This document shows, piece by piece, positions 21,602-40,959 of a DNA stretch of 64,000 nucleotides. The stretch is from an uncultured Alphaproteobacteria bacterium. Lineage in GTDB: Bacteria; Pseudomonadota; Alphaproteobacteria; ATCC43930; CGMCC-115725. The stretch is from the NCBI GenBank assembly GCA_963753665.1, contig CAVWDC010000030.1:58034-122033 (forward strand), written 5' to 3'. How positions within the stretch are numbered: position 1 is the stretch's first letter; each line of letters begins with the position of its first letter. Under the pieces are notes generated by a model that worked only from the letters and a program-made list of their open reading frames with translations, was not told where the DNA came from and made no database searches. The translations under genes and the position numbers were made by a program.

Positions 21602-21985
21602 ATGATGGCTGATCTGGGTAGGCTCGTCGATGATCTTTCGTCGCTGACCGTCATCGAGGCGGCGGAGCTGGCGAAGATGCTCGAGGAGAAATGGGGCGTC
21701 TCGGCGGCGGCGCCGGTCGCGGTGGCCGCGGCGGGCGGCGGCGCGGCGGCGGCCGCGGAGGCACCGGCCGAGAAGACCGAGTTCGACGTGATCCTCGCCG
21801 CGATCGGCGAGAAGAAGGTCAACGTGATCAAGGAAGTGCGCGCGATCACCTCGCTCGGCCTCAAGGAGGCGAAAGACCTCGTCGAGGCGGCGCCGAAGCC
21901 GGTCAAGGAAGGCGTCAACAAGGACGAGGCCGCAAAAATCAAGAAGCAGCTTGAAGATGCGGGCGCGACTGTCGAAATAAGGTAG
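21602..21985 (+). CDS. rplL: 50S ribosomal protein L7/L12
   Basis: [33 protein letters not shown], an Ala-rich hinge, then [35 protein letters not shown]. Intact. The start may be the second ATG (21605). Confidence 0.96.
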   Translation: MMADLGRLVDDLSSLTVIEAAELAKMLEEKWGVSAAAPVAVAAAGGGAAAAAEAPAEKTEFDVILAAIGEKKVNVIKEVRAITSLGLKEAKDLVEAAPKPVKEGVNKDEAAKIKKQLEDAGATVEIR

Positions 21986-22124
21986 GTCTGTCACGACCTT
22001 CTTGAAGCGCGCAGCGGCGTCCGCCCGGATTTCGTTCCGCGGCGGTGCGTCGACATCGGGATCCGCTGAGCCGGGGTGCGAGGTTTGCTCGCACGCCCGG
22101 TGTTGGCGTCTGCGCCCTGGAATT

Positions 22125-22161
22125 GCGGACCGCTTCCCGCAATCGGCGGGAAGCGGTCCGC
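22125..22161 (+). terminator. strong stem-loop in the rplL-rpoB spacer (candidate attenuator)
   Basis: gcggaccgcttcccgc-aatcg-gcgggaagcggtccgc forms a perfect 16-bp stem with no U tract. It sits where a partial terminator is known between rplL and rpoB in other bacteria. Confidence 0.4.
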
Positions 22162-22261
22162 CCTCATGCGAGCTTGCGAGGGCGGGGTTGCGGACAGTGA
22201 CAGGAATTCCGGGCCGCCGACTTTAAGCAAAGTCGGGAGCGGCCTACAGCGAGGGTCATAA

Positions 22262-26451
<4,190 letters not shown>

Positions 26452-26493
26452 GCAGGCCGGAGCCGGTTCTGCAGCCGCTTTTCAGCCTCTACC

Positions 26494-30822
<4,329 letters not shown>

Positions 30823-30831
30823 GTGTGTGTT

Positions 30832-30854
30832 CCTCTCCCGCAGTGCGGGAGAGG
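30832..30854 (+). terminator. R1-like hairpin directly after rpoC (possible terminator)
   Basis: cctctcccgc-agt-gcgggagagg forms a 10-bp stem 10 nt after the rpoC stop. No U tract. Confidence 0.4.
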
Positions 30855-31153
30855 CATCCCGGACTCGCTCTGGGACTGCGAGGGGCTAAGCCCTTGCCCT
30901 GCGGGCTTGGGCCGCTCGGAAGCGGGCACGGGGTGTGTTGGCGCGAACGCCCCGCCCGCTAACCGCGATCACGCGATTATCAGAACAAATGCGCGCCGGT
31001 GACGATGTTCCAGGCCGCTGTGGGGAAGAAGTAACGGGGTGACGATTGGGCGGTCCGGTTCACCGCATGGTCATTCGAGCGAGCAACTCAAGACGCGGAT
31101 AGGCCGAGCTTAATTTCCGCCTTTCAAGCCGCGACGTCCGCAAGAGAATTGAC

Positions 31154-32290
31154 ATGGATTTCGATCTCACCGACGAACAGCGGCTGTTGCGCGACAGCGT
31201 CGATCGGCTGCTGGCGGACAATTACACCTTCGAGAAGCGCCGGGGATACCTGGCCGAAGTGGACGGCTGGAGCCGCGCGCTGTGGTCGCGCTACGCCGAG
31301 CAGGGGCTGCTCGGGTTGCCGTTTCCCGAAAGCCACGGCGGATTCGGCGGCGGCGGGGTCGAGATCATGCTGGTCATGGAGGCGTTCGGCCGTACCCTGG
31401 CGCTGGAGCCGTATCTGGCGACAATCGTGCTGGGCGGAACCACGTTGCGGCTCGCCGGCAGCGACGCGCAACAGGCCGCGCTTCTGCCTCAAATCGCCGA
31501 AGGCAACCGACTGCTTGCCCTCGCGCATGGCGAGCGTCAGGCGCGCTACGACCTCTCCGACGTGCTGACCAGCGCGACCCGGAGAGGCGATGGCTGGACG
31601 CTCGACGGGGCGAAGAGCGTCGTCCTGCACGGCGACAGCGCCGACACACTGATCGTCAGCGCCCGCACCTCAGGCGACCGCGACGACACCACCGGCATCA
31701 CGCTGTTTCTCGTTGACGGCGGCGCCAATGGCGTCGCCCGTCGCGGCTACGCGCTGCGCGACGGCACGCGAGCGGCCGAAGTCACGCTGAGCGGGGTCGA
31801 GGTCGCTTCCGATGCCGTGCTCGGCGAGGTCGGCGGCGCGTTCCCGGTCATCGAGCGCGTCGTCGAGACCGGCATCGCGGCGATGGCGGCCGAGGCGGTC
31901 GGCGCGATGGAAACGATGCAGGCGATGACCCTGGAATATCTGAAAACCCGCCAGCAATTCGGTCGGCCGATCGGCCGCAACCAGGCCCTGCAGCACCGCG
32001 CGACCGAGATGTTCGTCGCCCTCGAACAGGGGCGCAGCATGGCGATGCTGGCGGCGATGACGGTCGACCACCCAGACGCCGCCGAGCGCGCCCGCAACAT
32101 TTCGATGGTAAAGGCCGGGATCGGCCAGGCGGCGCGCTTTGTGTCGCAAAACGCCGTGCAATTGCACGGCGGCATCGGCATGACCGAGGAATACGCGGTC
32201 GGCCATTATTTCCGTCGCGTCATGGTGATCGAGCACACCTTCGGCGACACGGCGCATCATCTGTCACGACTCGCGCAAACCGCGGCATAA
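31154..32290 (+). CDS. acyl-CoA dehydrogenase family protein
   Basis: 378 aa, intact: MDFDLTDEQRLLRDSV..., ...QLHGGIGMTEEYAVGHYFRR. Confidence 0.9.
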   Translation: MDFDLTDEQRLLRDSVDRLLADNYTFEKRRGYLAEVDGWSRALWSRYAEQGLLGLPFPESHGGFGGGGVEIMLVMEAFGRTLALEPYLATIVLGGTTLRLAGSDAQQAALLPQIAEGNRLLALAHGERQARYDLSDVLTSATRRGDGWTLDGAKSVVLHGDSADTLIVSARTSGDRDDTTGITLFLVDGGANGVARRGYALRDGTRAAEVTLSGVEVASDAVLGEVGGAFPVIERVVETGIAAMAAEAVGAMETMQAMTLEYLKTRQQFGRPIGRNQALQHRATEMFVALEQGRSMAMLAAMTVDHPDAAERARNISMVKAGIGQAARFVSQNAVQLHGGIGMTEEYAVGHYFRRVMVIEHTFGDTAHHLSRLAQTAA

Positions 32291-32393
32291 GCCGCCCCAC
32301 CCCACAACTAGGGTCCGGCACGGCATGGCCGCAATAGAGCGCGGCTGACCGCGCAGCCGGTAACGACCGCATCAGGTTGAGCGTTCGCGAGGT

Positions 32394-33473
32394 ATGCCGG
32401 ACGCCCATGACCGCCTGACCGTGCCGATGGAAACCCAGTCGTCGCGGTCCACGATCGTCATTCTGAAGCTGATCGCCGCTGCCGGCGTGGTTCTGCTTGT
32501 CTGGCTGCTCTCAAGCGTTCTCTTGATGGTGTTCGCCGCGATTCTGGTGGCAATTGCCTATCGCGCCACGGCCGAGTGGATCGCCCGCCACACCGGTATT
32601 CCGGTCGGATGGTCGCTGGCTCTCGTCGCGATCCTGTTCGTCGCGTTCGTCGCCGGCACGGCATGGTGGACCGGCGGAACGCTGCTGGACCAGCTGAACC
32701 AGCTCGTGGCGTTGCTTGTGGATCGGCTCACGTACGTCAACCATAGCTTGCAAGGAACCGAGTGGGGCGACAGGCTCGCCAACTACCTGGATTCCCAGCG
32801 GCTCTTCAGCGAGGCCCAGGCGCTTGCGCGGCAATTCGCCGGCGCCGCCCTGACGATGCTCGGCGCGGTTGGAGCGGTCGTCATCATCGTGTTCACCGCG
32901 GTTTACCTCGCGATCAACCCCAGTCTGTATTTCCGGGGATCGATCCGGCTTCTCGCCCCCGATTACCGCGACCGCGGCTCGGAGGTGCTGTCCGAAATCG
33001 GCGTGGCGCTGCGCCGTTGGTTGATCGGCCGGGCGATCGACATGGTCGTCGTCGTTATTCTGACCTTTGCTGGGCTGATGCTGCTTGACGTGCCGCTGGC
33101 GTTTCTATTAGCGCTGATCGCGGGTCTGCTCAATTTCATCCCTTATATCGGCGCGGTGCTGGGGGCCGTGCCGGCCATCATCGTCGCGTTCGGCCAGGGG
33201 CCGATGCAGGCGCTGTGGGTCGTACTGCTGTTTCTCGCGATCCAGACTGTCGAAGGCTATCTGATCGTTCCATTCATTCAGCAGCGCACCGTCCAGCTGC
33301 CGCCGGCGCTGTTGATCTTCTCGCAAACCGTTTTCGGCGCACTGTTCGGTATCCTCGGCCTGCTGCTGGCGCCGGCGCTGATGGTCGTGATCCTGATCCT
33401 GGTTCAGGCCGTGTATCTTCACGACGTGCTCGGCGACCCCGATCAGGCGCAGCGCTTCAATTCACGGCGCTGA
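32394..33473 (+). CDS. AI-2E family transporter (PerM/UPF0118)
   Basis: 359 aa, multi-TM: ...LLNFIPYIGAVLGAVPAIIVAF...LAIQTVEGYLIVPFIQQR. The start may be the internal ATG at 32427. Confidence 0.85.
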   Translation: MPDAHDRLTVPMETQSSRSTIVILKLIAAAGVVLLVWLLSSVLLMVFAAILVAIAYRATAEWIARHTGIPVGWSLALVAILFVAFVAGTAWWTGGTLLDQLNQLVALLVDRLTYVNHSLQGTEWGDRLANYLDSQRLFSEAQALARQFAGAALTMLGAVGAVVIIVFTAVYLAINPSLYFRGSIRLLAPDYRDRGSEVLSEIGVALRRWLIGRAIDMVVVVILTFAGLMLLDVPLAFLLALIAGLLNFIPYIGAVLGAVPAIIVAFGQGPMQALWVVLLFLAIQTVEGYLIVPFIQQRTVQLPPALLIFSQTVFGALFGILGLLLAPALMVVILILVQAVYLHDVLGDPDQAQRFNSRR

Positions 33474-33528
33474 CCGCTTGCACAGGCCGGCTCGGACCCG
33501 ACACTCGCGGCGAGCAGCGGCGAACGGC

Positions 33529-33981
33529 ATGGACACTTTCGCGATATTGCCACATCTACAGGCGCTCTCGGTGGCCTATGCGTTGGCTTTTCCGATTGCC
33601 TGGGACCGCGAAAAAGGATCGCGCAGCGCCGGCCTGCACACGTTTCCCCTAGTCGCGCTCGCCGCTTGCGGCTTTGTTCAGGTGACAGAGAGCTTTGCCG
33701 CGTCCAGTCCCGAAGCGATGGCACGGATCGTCGCGGGGCTGATCACCGGGGTCGGGTTTATCGGCGGCGGCGCGATCATCAGGCATGGCAACTCGGTTAG
33801 CGGCACAGCGACCGCGGCGAGCCTGTGGACCACCGGCGCAATCGGCGCCGCGGCCGGGCTTGGCAATTACGGCATTGCCATCCTGATCTCCGCCTTCGCC
33901 TTCGCGACGCTACGCCTCATGCATCTGTTCAATTGGGCCGATCCCCGCGACGAGCCGGACAAAGGGGAGAACTCGCGCTGA
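33529..33981 (+). CDS. MgtC/SapB family membrane protein
   Basis: MDTFAILPHLQ...GLHTFPLVALAAC...ITGVGFIGGGAII...TATAASLWTTGAIGAAAGLG. Confidence 0.85.
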   Translation: MDTFAILPHLQALSVAYALAFPIAWDREKGSRSAGLHTFPLVALAACGFVQVTESFAASSPEAMARIVAGLITGVGFIGGGAIIRHGNSVSGTATAASLWTTGAIGAAAGLGNYGIAILISAFAFATLRLMHLFNWADPRDEPDKGENSR

Positions 33982-34043
33982 GAACCTTTGCCTCCGCGCT
34001 GCGTTGAGGGCAAGGCTAGGTTCCACCGAGCGGCCAGGGGAAT

Positions 34044-35156
34044 ATGCAAGGCGAGACGCCGGATTCGGCAAAAGACGTGGGCGGCAGCATCGCTCTGGCC
34101 TGGGCCAAGGTTGATGCGTGGATCGAGGGCTTCTATTCGATATTGCCCAATCTGGTGCTGGGGCTTGTATTCCTGATCCTGGTCGCGATCGCCGCCCGGA
34201 TCGTCAAGGCTGCGGTTTGGCGCGTCGGCATCCGGCGCCGCCGCCCCGACCTCGGCAATGTGCTCGGCGCGCTGCTGCAATGGACGATCGGGATCATCGG
34301 CTCGCTGATAGCGATCACGATCATCTTCCCGGGGGTCGGCGTCGCCGATCTGCTCGGCACGCTCGGCATCGGCTCGATCGCGATCGGCTTTGCATTCAAG
34401 GAGATCCTGCAGAACCTGCTGGCCGGCATCCTGATCCTGCTGCGCCAGCCGTTCCGGCACGGCGACCAGATCGTCTCGGGCGCGTTCGAAGGCACCGTCG
34501 AGTTGGTCGAGACGCGCGCCACGATCATCCGCACTTATGACGGGCGGCGGGTGGTGATCCCGAACAGCGACATCTACACCGGCGGCGTCATCATCAACAC
34601 CGCGCACGACAGCCGCCGCAGCGAATACGATATCGGCATCGGGTACGGCGACGATGTCGGTCAGGCCGCGCGGGTCGCCGTCGACGCGGTCAAGAGCACG
34701 GACGGCGTCCTGCCGGAGCCGCCCCCGGAGGCGTTTCCGGTCGCCTTCGACGACTCGGCGGTGAAGTTGCGGGTGTGGTGGTGGACGGCGCCGGACCGCG
34801 GCACGGTGCTGCGCACGCAAGGCCGCGTGCTGCAGGCGATCAAGGCGGCGTTCCAGCGCGAGGGCATCGACCTGCCGTTCCCGGTCACGACCATGCTGTT
34901 TCATGATCAGACCGATGAAACCGACGGCGACCGGCAGCGCCAGCGCGAAGGATGGCCCGCCGGCGCCGATCCGCCGAAGCCGGGAAACCTGCCGCGCGCG
35001 CTCGAACGCGCCCGGCTGCGCCGCCTCACGGGGCAGCAGCAGCACGCTGGCACCAAAATGGAGATGGAAATGGCCAAGCGTGAAATGGGCAATCGGCCGG
35101 ACGGCGCCCCACGAGAACGGGCGCACGGTGATGATCGACCGACGCACCCCCTATGA
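34044..35156 (+). CDS. mechanosensitive ion channel (MscS family)
   Basis: 370 aa, intact: GIGSIAIGFAFKEILQNLLAGILILLRQPFRHGDQI...VETRATIIRTYDGRRVVIPNSDI. Confidence 0.9.
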   Translation: MQGETPDSAKDVGGSIALAWAKVDAWIEGFYSILPNLVLGLVFLILVAIAARIVKAAVWRVGIRRRRPDLGNVLGALLQWTIGIIGSLIAITIIFPGVGVADLLGTLGIGSIAIGFAFKEILQNLLAGILILLRQPFRHGDQIVSGAFEGTVELVETRATIIRTYDGRRVVIPNSDIYTGGVIINTAHDSRRSEYDIGIGYGDDVGQAARVAVDAVKSTDGVLPEPPPEAFPVAFDDSAVKLRVWWWTAPDRGTVLRTQGRVLQAIKAAFQREGIDLPFPVTTMLFHDQTDETDGDRQRQREGWPAGADPPKPGNLPRALERARLRRLTGQQQHAGTKMEMEMAKREMGNRPDGAPRERAHGDDRPTHPL

Positions 35157-35662
35157 CCGCTGCTCCACCGTGTCGAGCGCGCCGGCGCCCTCTTCCGTCA
35201 ATTCGTCCAGCACGGTGATGGTCCCGTCGGTTTCGAGAACAACGGCACCGACCCGGTCGAGACTGGCATTCCCGCTGGCCCGGATCGCTGCCAATACCTC
35301 CTCGCGGGTCAATCGCTCGCGGCGCATCGCGGCTTCGAGAAAGCATCCCCGGCGATAAACCAGGGTCGGCTCGGCCTTGATCAGAGCCTGAAACCCCTCC
35401 GAGCGCACCGAGAGCCAAGCGATCGCATATTGCAGCAGTACCAGCAGCGCCAACGCCAGTACGCCTTCGGCCAGCGCGACCGATTTGCTCAGCAGAATTG
35501 TGGCTAGCGTCGAACCCAGCGCCACCGTCACGACAAAATCGAACGCGTTCAGCTTCGACAGCGTGCGCTTGCCGGAGATTCGCAGCACCAAAATCAGTGC
35601 GAAATAGGCAAGCGTCGCGATCACCGCGACCCGCAGCAACCCCGTCCAGCCATAAAAAACAT
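35151..35662 (-). CDS. DUF421 (YetF-like) membrane protein, one homopolymer frame change at the 5' end
   Basis: ORF 35151..35639 reads LRISGKRTLSKLNAFDFVVTVALGSTLA. The likely start ATG at 35662 (MFF...) is out of frame by one base across the A6/T6 run at 35654-35659. In-frame the upstream reads DVFYGWTGLLRV. Confidence 0.8.
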
Positions 35663-35758
35663 CTTTTCTTCCACCGCGCGGCAGCCGATCGATTGCCGCA
35701 CTAATGGTATGCCAGGCCCAGGGTCCCCGACGCGCCGCTTGGCAGGGCGGTCAAACGG

Positions 35759-36886
35759 TCAGTAGACCGCGCCGCGCGCCGTGATCGGCCACACGCTTTC
35801 AACCCGGTCACCGCGGATCCCGACATACCAGTCGTAGAGATTGACGGTCGGGTCGCAATGGCCGGGCACGAGCCGCACCTTGTCGCCGAGCTTCAGGCGG
35901 TTCGTCGCGCCACCGATCGCGAGGCGGCCGTGTTCGTCGGAGGCGCGCTCGTAGGTCGCGGCCGGCTCGTCCCACACGGTCGGCGGGCCGGAATCGAACG
36001 CCAATGCCTTCAAGCCGGCATCGACGATCGCGCGTTCGTCGTTCGGCCGGCTCATCACCGTCGCCCAGACGAACAGCGAATGCTCAAAGGTCTCGGTCTG
36101 CCGGCCGTCGCTGTCCAGGTTGCGGCCGTAATCGGCGTCCATGAAGACATAGGAGCCGCATTGCAGTTCGGTGTAGACGCCGCTGCCGGCCTCGAACTCG
36201 AACGTGCCGGTGCCGGCGCCGGTGATGTTGTCGCACGCGATGCCGTTGGCGCTCAGCAGGTCGCGCGTCGTCGCCGTCTTCTCTACCGCGCCGGCGATCG
36301 CCTTTTGCCGCTCGTCCCAGCCGCGCAGATGCTGCGCCGAGCCGTGATAGGCCTGCAACCCGGCAAACCGCAAATGACGGCTGTCGCCAATGCGCCGCGC
36401 CAGATCGAGCGCCGGCTCGCCGGGTTCGACGCCGCAGCGATTGCCACCCATATTGATCTCGACATGCACCGGCAGGCTCGCCACCCCGGCCTCTCCCGCC
36501 GCCGCGTCGAGATCGGCGATCTGCGCCGGGTCGTCGACGCACACCCCGACATTCGCCGTGTGCGCCAATGACATCAGCCGGCGCAGCTTCTGCCTTCCGA
36601 CCACCTCGTTGGTGACCAGCACGTCGCGCACGCCGCCATAGACCATCGCCTCGGCCTCGCTGACCTTCTGCACGCAGACGCCGACCGCGCCGAGTTCCAC
36701 CTGTTTCAGCGCGATCACCGGGCATTTGTGCGTCTTGGCGTGCGGCCGCAGCCGCACTCCCCGGCCGGCGACCCGCTCGGCGAGCCGCTTCAGATTGCGC
36801 TCGAACGCATCGAGATCGACAATCAGAGCCGGGGTATCGACTTCGTCGAGCGACATGCCGATCTCGGCCGGTGGACGGGTGGTCAT
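35759..36886 (-). CDS. DSD1-family PLP enzyme (D-threonine aldolase / D-serine deaminase-like)
   Basis: MTTRPPAEIGMSLDEVDTPALIVDLDAFERNLKRL...RLRPHAKTHKCP...VPGHCDPTVNLYD. Intact. Confidence 0.85.
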   Translation of the reverse strand: MTTRPPAEIGMSLDEVDTPALIVDLDAFERNLKRLAERVAGRGVRLRPHAKTHKCPVIALKQVELGAVGVCVQKVSEAEAMVYGGVRDVLVTNEVVGRQKLRRLMSLAHTANVGVCVDDPAQIADLDAAAGEAGVASLPVHVEINMGGNRCGVEPGEPALDLARRIGDSRHLRFAGLQAYHGSAQHLRGWDERQKAIAGAVEKTATTRDLLSANGIACDNITGAGTGTFEFEAGSGVYTELQCGSYVFMDADYGRNLDSDGRQTETFEHSLFVWATVMSRPNDERAIVDAGLKALAFDSGPPTVWDEPAATYERASDEHGRLAIGGATNRLKLGDKVRLVPGHCDPTVNLYDWYVGIRGDRVESVWPITARGAVY

Positions 36887-37017
36887 GTCAGGCTCCGCGC
36901 TCGTGAATGACAGCACCCCAAAATGTCATTCCGAACGCAGCGGCGCAATCTCGCGCCGGCAAGGCGTCCCCCTCTCATCGAGATTCCTTGGGCGGCATCC
37001 GGCCTTTCACGTATGCA

Positions 37018-38826
37018 TTACCGCCCCTTCGGCGGCGGCAGGTCCAACCGGATGTGCAGTTCCTTGAGGCGCGCGGGCGGCACCGGGGCGGGGGCCTGCA
37101 TCAACAGGTCCTCGGCCTGCTGGGTCATCGGGAAGGCGATGATCTCGCGGATGTTCGGGGTGTCGGCGAGCAGCATCACGATGCGGTCGATGCCCGGCGC
37201 CGATCCGCCATGCGGCGGCGCGCCGAAGCGGAACGCCTTCAGCATTCCGCCAAACCGCTCCTCGACCTCCTGCGCCGAATAGCCGGCGATCGCGAAAGCC
37301 TTGTACATGATGTCGGGGCGGTGATTGCGGATCGCGCCCGACGACAATTCGATGCCGTTGCAGACGATATCGTACTGATACGCGAGGATCGAGAGCGGGT
37401 CCTGTGTTTCCAGTGCTTCGAGGCCGCCCTGCGGCATCGAGAACGGGTTATGGCTGAATTCGATCTGCCCGGTTTCCTCGTTGCGCTCGTACATCGGGAA
37501 ATCGACGATCCAGCAGAAGCGGAACGCGCCCTCCTCGACGAGGCCCAGTTCGCGGCCGATCCGCATCCGCGCCGCGCCGGCCAGCCTCTCGGCCTCCGGC
37601 CTCGATCCGGCCGCGAAAAACACGACGTCACCGGCCCCGGCCCCGCTCAATTCGGCGATTTTCGCGATTTCCTCGGGCGAGAGATTGTTCGCGATCGGCC
37701 CGCGCCCGGCCGGTTTTCCGACCGTCTCGCCCGGCTCCAAAATGATATAGCCCAGGCCCGGCGCGGCCATTTCGGTCTTCGCCCAGGCATCCATCCGGTC
37801 CTGGAACGACGAACGCGGCCGCGACGCCGATCCGGGCGCCGGGATGGCCCGCACGACCCCGCCATTCTCGACGACGCGGCGGAACGCGCGGAAATTCGAG
37901 CCGGCGAATACCTCCGAGACATCGGCGATGATCAGCGGGTTGCGCAGATCGGGCTTGTCGGTGCCGTATTTGAGCGCGGCGTCGGCAAAGGTGATCCTGG
38001 GGAACGGCGGCGGCGTTACCATCCGGCCCTCTCCGAATTCCTCGAATACGCCATGCAGGACCGGCTCGATCGCCGCGAACACGTCCTCCTGCGTCACGAA
38101 CGACATCTCGAAATCGAGCTGGTAGAACTCGCCCGGCGAACGGTCGGCGCGGCTCGCCTCGTCGCGGAAGCACGGTGCGATCTGGAAGTAGCGGTCGAAC
38201 CCCGCGACCATCAGCAATTGCTTGAACTGCTGCGGCGCCTGCGGCAGCGCATAGAACGTCCCCGGATGCAGCCGGCTCGGCACCAGATAATCGCGCGCCC
38301 CCTCCGGCGAACTGGCGGTCAGAACAGGCGTCTGGAACTCGCTAAAGCCCTGGTCGATCATGCGGCGGCGGATCGACGCGATGACATGCGAGCGCAGCAT
38401 GATGTTGGCGTGCACCTGCTCTCGCCTGAGGTCGAGAAAGCGGTACGCGAGGCGCATCTCCTCCGGGTATTCGGCGTCGCTGTTGACCGGGAACGGCAGC
38501 GGCTCGGCGGCCGACAACAATTCGTACGCATTGATGACCAGCTCGATCTCGCCGGTCGCCAAATTCGGGTTGACCGTTTCCGGCGAGCGCTCGACGACCC
38601 GACCAGTGAACGACACGACGCTTTCAAGCCGCAGGGCGTCCACTTCCGCGAACAGCGGCGACGACACGTCGATCACGCATTGTGTGATGCCGTAATGGTC
38701 GCGCAGATCGACGAACAGCAGCTGGCCATGGTCGCGCTTGCGATGCATCCAGCCGGCGAGGCGGGCCGTCACCCCCGCGTCGTCGAGGCGGAGGGCGGCG
38801 CAGGTGTGGGTGCGATAGGCGTGCAT
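37018..38826 (-). CDS. aspS: aspartate--tRNA ligase
   Basis: [46 protein letters not shown]...[19 protein letters not shown]...GGLDRIVMLL-like end ([22 protein letters not shown]). Intact. Confidence 0.96.
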   Translation of the reverse strand: MHAYRTHTCAALRLDDAGVTARLAGWMHRKRDHGQLLFVDLRDHYGITQCVIDVSSPLFAEVDALRLESVVSFTGRVVERSPETVNPNLATGEIELVINAYELLSAAEPLPFPVNSDAEYPEEMRLAYRFLDLRREQVHANIMLRSHVIASIRRRMIDQGFSEFQTPVLTASSPEGARDYLVPSRLHPGTFYALPQAPQQFKQLLMVAGFDRYFQIAPCFRDEASRADRSPGEFYQLDFEMSFVTQEDVFAAIEPVLHGVFEEFGEGRMVTPPPFPRITFADAALKYGTDKPDLRNPLIIADVSEVFAGSNFRAFRRVVENGGVVRAIPAPGSASRPRSSFQDRMDAWAKTEMAAPGLGYIILEPGETVGKPAGRGPIANNLSPEEIAKIAELSGAGAGDVVFFAAGSRPEAERLAGAARMRIGRELGLVEEGAFRFCWIVDFPMYERNEETGQIEFSHNPFSMPQGGLEALETQDPLSILAYQYDIVCNGIELSSGAIRNHRPDIMYKAFAIAGYSAQEVEERFGGMLKAFRFGAPPHGGSAPGIDRIVMLLADTPNIREIIAFPMTQQAEDLLMQAPAPVPPARLKELHIRLDLPPPKGR

Positions 38827-39034
38827 CGACAGGGTCCGGCGCATTCTCGGGAAAGCGCGGAACACGGCACGGATCACCCGCTCTTGTCAAGAAACCCGGC
38901 CGGGCGAAGCGGCGCGACCGTCACACCCGGCCCTCATCGGCAAAAGTGCCATAATCGTGTGCTACCTGCTGACTGCCACCGCACAAAATGGATCGCCCAA
39001 CCCCGGAAATTCCGACGGTTCCCTGGAATCCGGG

Positions 39035-40240
39035 TTAAACGACCTCCAGTGCCCGCGACAGATCGGCCACTAGATCGACTTCGGCTTCGAGACCGACAGA
39101 AAAGCGCACGAGGCCGTCGCCGATGCCGAGCGCGGCGCGCTCCTCGGGCTTGAGACGCGAATGCGTCGTCGTCGCGGGATGCGTGACCAGGCTCTTCGAG
39201 TCGCCGAGATTATTCGAGATGTCGACCAGAAGAAGCGCATCGAGAAAGCGGAAGCAGCTTTCCTTGTCGCCGGCGATGTCGAACGCGACCACCGTGCCCC
39301 CCTCCGTCATCTGGCGGCGGGCCAGTTCGTATTGCGGATGGCTCGGCAGGCCGGGATAGATGACGCGCTCGATCTTCGGATGGCTTTCCAGAAAGCGCGC
39401 GATTGCCAGTGCGGTGCGGCATTGCCGCTCGACGCGCAATTCCAGCGTCTCCAGCCCCTTCAGCAGCAGCCAGGCATTGAACGGGCTCAGCGACGGTCCG
39501 GTGTGGCGGTAGAACAGCCCGAGATCGTCCTTGATGTATTTCTCGCTGGCCAGGATCGCGCCGCCGAGCGCGCGGCCCTGCCCGTCGATGTGCTTGGTCG
39601 CCGAATAGACGACGACATCGGCGCCGAGCGTCAGCGGCTTCTGCAACAGCGGTGTCGCGAACACATTGTCCACGACCAGAATGCCGCCGGCGCGATGCGT
39701 CAGCCGCGCAACTTCGGCGAGGTCAACGATCTCCATCGCCGGGTTTGATGGACTTTCGCAGAACGACACCGCCGCGCCGGGCGCAAGCGCCTCTTCCCAG
39801 GCGCCGAGGTCGCGCCCGTCAACGATAACTGTCTCGACCCCGTAGCGCGGCAATAGCTCGGCGACGATGTAGTAGCACGAACCAAAAAGCGCACGGCTGG
39901 CGACGACCCGCTGACCGGCGCGCAGCTTGCACAGCAAGGCCGCGAATACCGCCGCCATGCCGCTCGCGGTCGCGCGGCAGGCCTCCGCCCCTTCGATCAG
40001 CCTGAGGCGCTCCTCGAACATCGTCACAGTCGGGTTGCGATAGCGCGAATAGACGTAGCGCGAGCCGTCCTGCTTGAACGCGGCCTCGGCCTCGGCGGCG
40101 GTGCCATAGACAAAGCCCGAGGTCATGAACAGCGCCTCCGAGGTTTCCTCGTAGGCGCTACGCTCGCTGCCGCCGCGCACCAGCAACGTGGCGGGGGCAA
40201 GCTCGGCGGCCAGTTCGGGCGGCAGGATCGGCTTCGGCAT
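39035..40240 (-). CDS. metZ: O-succinylhomoserine sulfhydrylase
   Basis: ATG 40240 follows GAGGAGG: MPKPILPPELAAELAPATLLVRGG...YSRYRNPTV...VVYSATKHIDGQGRALGG (PLP lysine)...SLVTHPATTTH. Intact. Confidence 0.9.
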   Translation of the reverse strand: MPKPILPPELAAELAPATLLVRGGSERSAYEETSEALFMTSGFVYGTAAEAEAAFKQDGSRYVYSRYRNPTVTMFEERLRLIEGAEACRATASGMAAVFAALLCKLRAGQRVVASRALFGSCYYIVAELLPRYGVETVIVDGRDLGAWEEALAPGAAVSFCESPSNPAMEIVDLAEVARLTHRAGGILVVDNVFATPLLQKPLTLGADVVVYSATKHIDGQGRALGGAILASEKYIKDDLGLFYRHTGPSLSPFNAWLLLKGLETLELRVERQCRTALAIARFLESHPKIERVIYPGLPSHPQYELARRQMTEGGTVVAFDIAGDKESCFRFLDALLLVDISNNLGDSKSLVTHPATTTHSRLKPEERAALGIGDGLVRFSVGLEAEVDLVADLSRALEVV

Positions 40241-40334
40241 CGCGGACCTCCTCGGGTGAACGACCCGCGACTGCCGGGGGAAGCGCAACAAAAAACCCCG
40301 GCGCAGCGCGGGCCAGGGTTTCGACAGACTCCCC

Positions 40335-40392
40335 GACCTTTTAGCGCGTTATTTAACGTGGCGCGCAAGCCGGTCGGCTCAAATCACCACGA
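40335..40392 (-). promoter_or_regulatory. probable SAM-II riboswitch in the metZ leader
   Basis: Minus strand reads GUGAUUUGAGCCGACCGGCUUGCGCGCCACGUUAAAUAACGCGCUAAAAGGUCGG. The GAUUU, GGCUUGC, ACGUUAAA and GCUAAAA blocks match my recollection of the alphaproteobacterial metA/SAM-II consensus. A GC hairpin plus U6 (GCGCCGGGGUUUUUUG) follows about 40 nt downstream. Confidence 0.5.
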
Positions 40393-40447
40393 ACACCTTT
40401 TCGTAACCGGGTCCCCACCTTGTGTCAAGCCGCTCCCGCAATCATCG

Positions 40448-40804
40448 TCACCGATGCGGAGTTGTCGGGTTGGCGGTCGAGTGCTGTGCCGGATGCGGGG
40501 CAGCTATTGTCTCGGAAAAATTTCTGTTTTCGGGCGGCACTTCGTAGGTTCCGAAACATGCGTCGAGATCGGCTACCGCCTTTTTCGCCTCGGTCTCGGT
40601 CTTTCCGGTCGATACATATTGCTGAGCAATAGCCGTTTCGGCCGCGGCGTGCTCGGAGTTCGTATTTATGTCGACCCCGAAAAACAGGTGAAGCGCAACC
40701 AACGCCGCCATCGGCGACGGCGGTATCCACACGCAGTGGCCGAAAATAATCGCAAAGCTGTTCATCGGCTTTACCTGTTCGTTGTCCAGTAAGGTATTCG
40801 CCAT
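40448..40804 (-). CDS. hypothetical small protein, possible signal/TM N-terminus
   Basis: Within ORF 40448..40852, with candidate starts at 40804 (MANTLL) or 40765 (MNSFAIIFGHCVWIPPSPMAALVALHLFFGV). GC is visibly lower than the flanks. It is divergent from the wHTH-TPR regulator. No family recognised. Confidence 0.35.
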   Translation of the reverse strand: MANTLLDNEQVKPMNSFAIIFGHCVWIPPSPMAALVALHLFFGVDINTNSEHAAAETAIAQQYVSTGKTETEAKKAVADLDACFGTYEVPPENRNFSETIAAPHPAQHSTANPTTPHR

Positions 40805-40959
40805 CTCGGCGTACCGGCGCGAGTGCCGGCATCTGTGCCGGACCTGACGCATACCGCATACGGGCGCCCCAAGCTTTACGGCGACCTTTTTTCTTCGTTA
40901 CGGAAATGTTATGATTCCGGTAAGAATCCGGACGGAGCGGTCTCTCCGGGAGACCGGCA

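Noticed and set aside
36907-39153. 748-aa plus-strand ORF overlapping aspS.
   Set aside because: It is antisense to an intact, clearly recognisable aspartate-tRNA ligase. It has Arg-rich nonsense composition and no RBS or motif.
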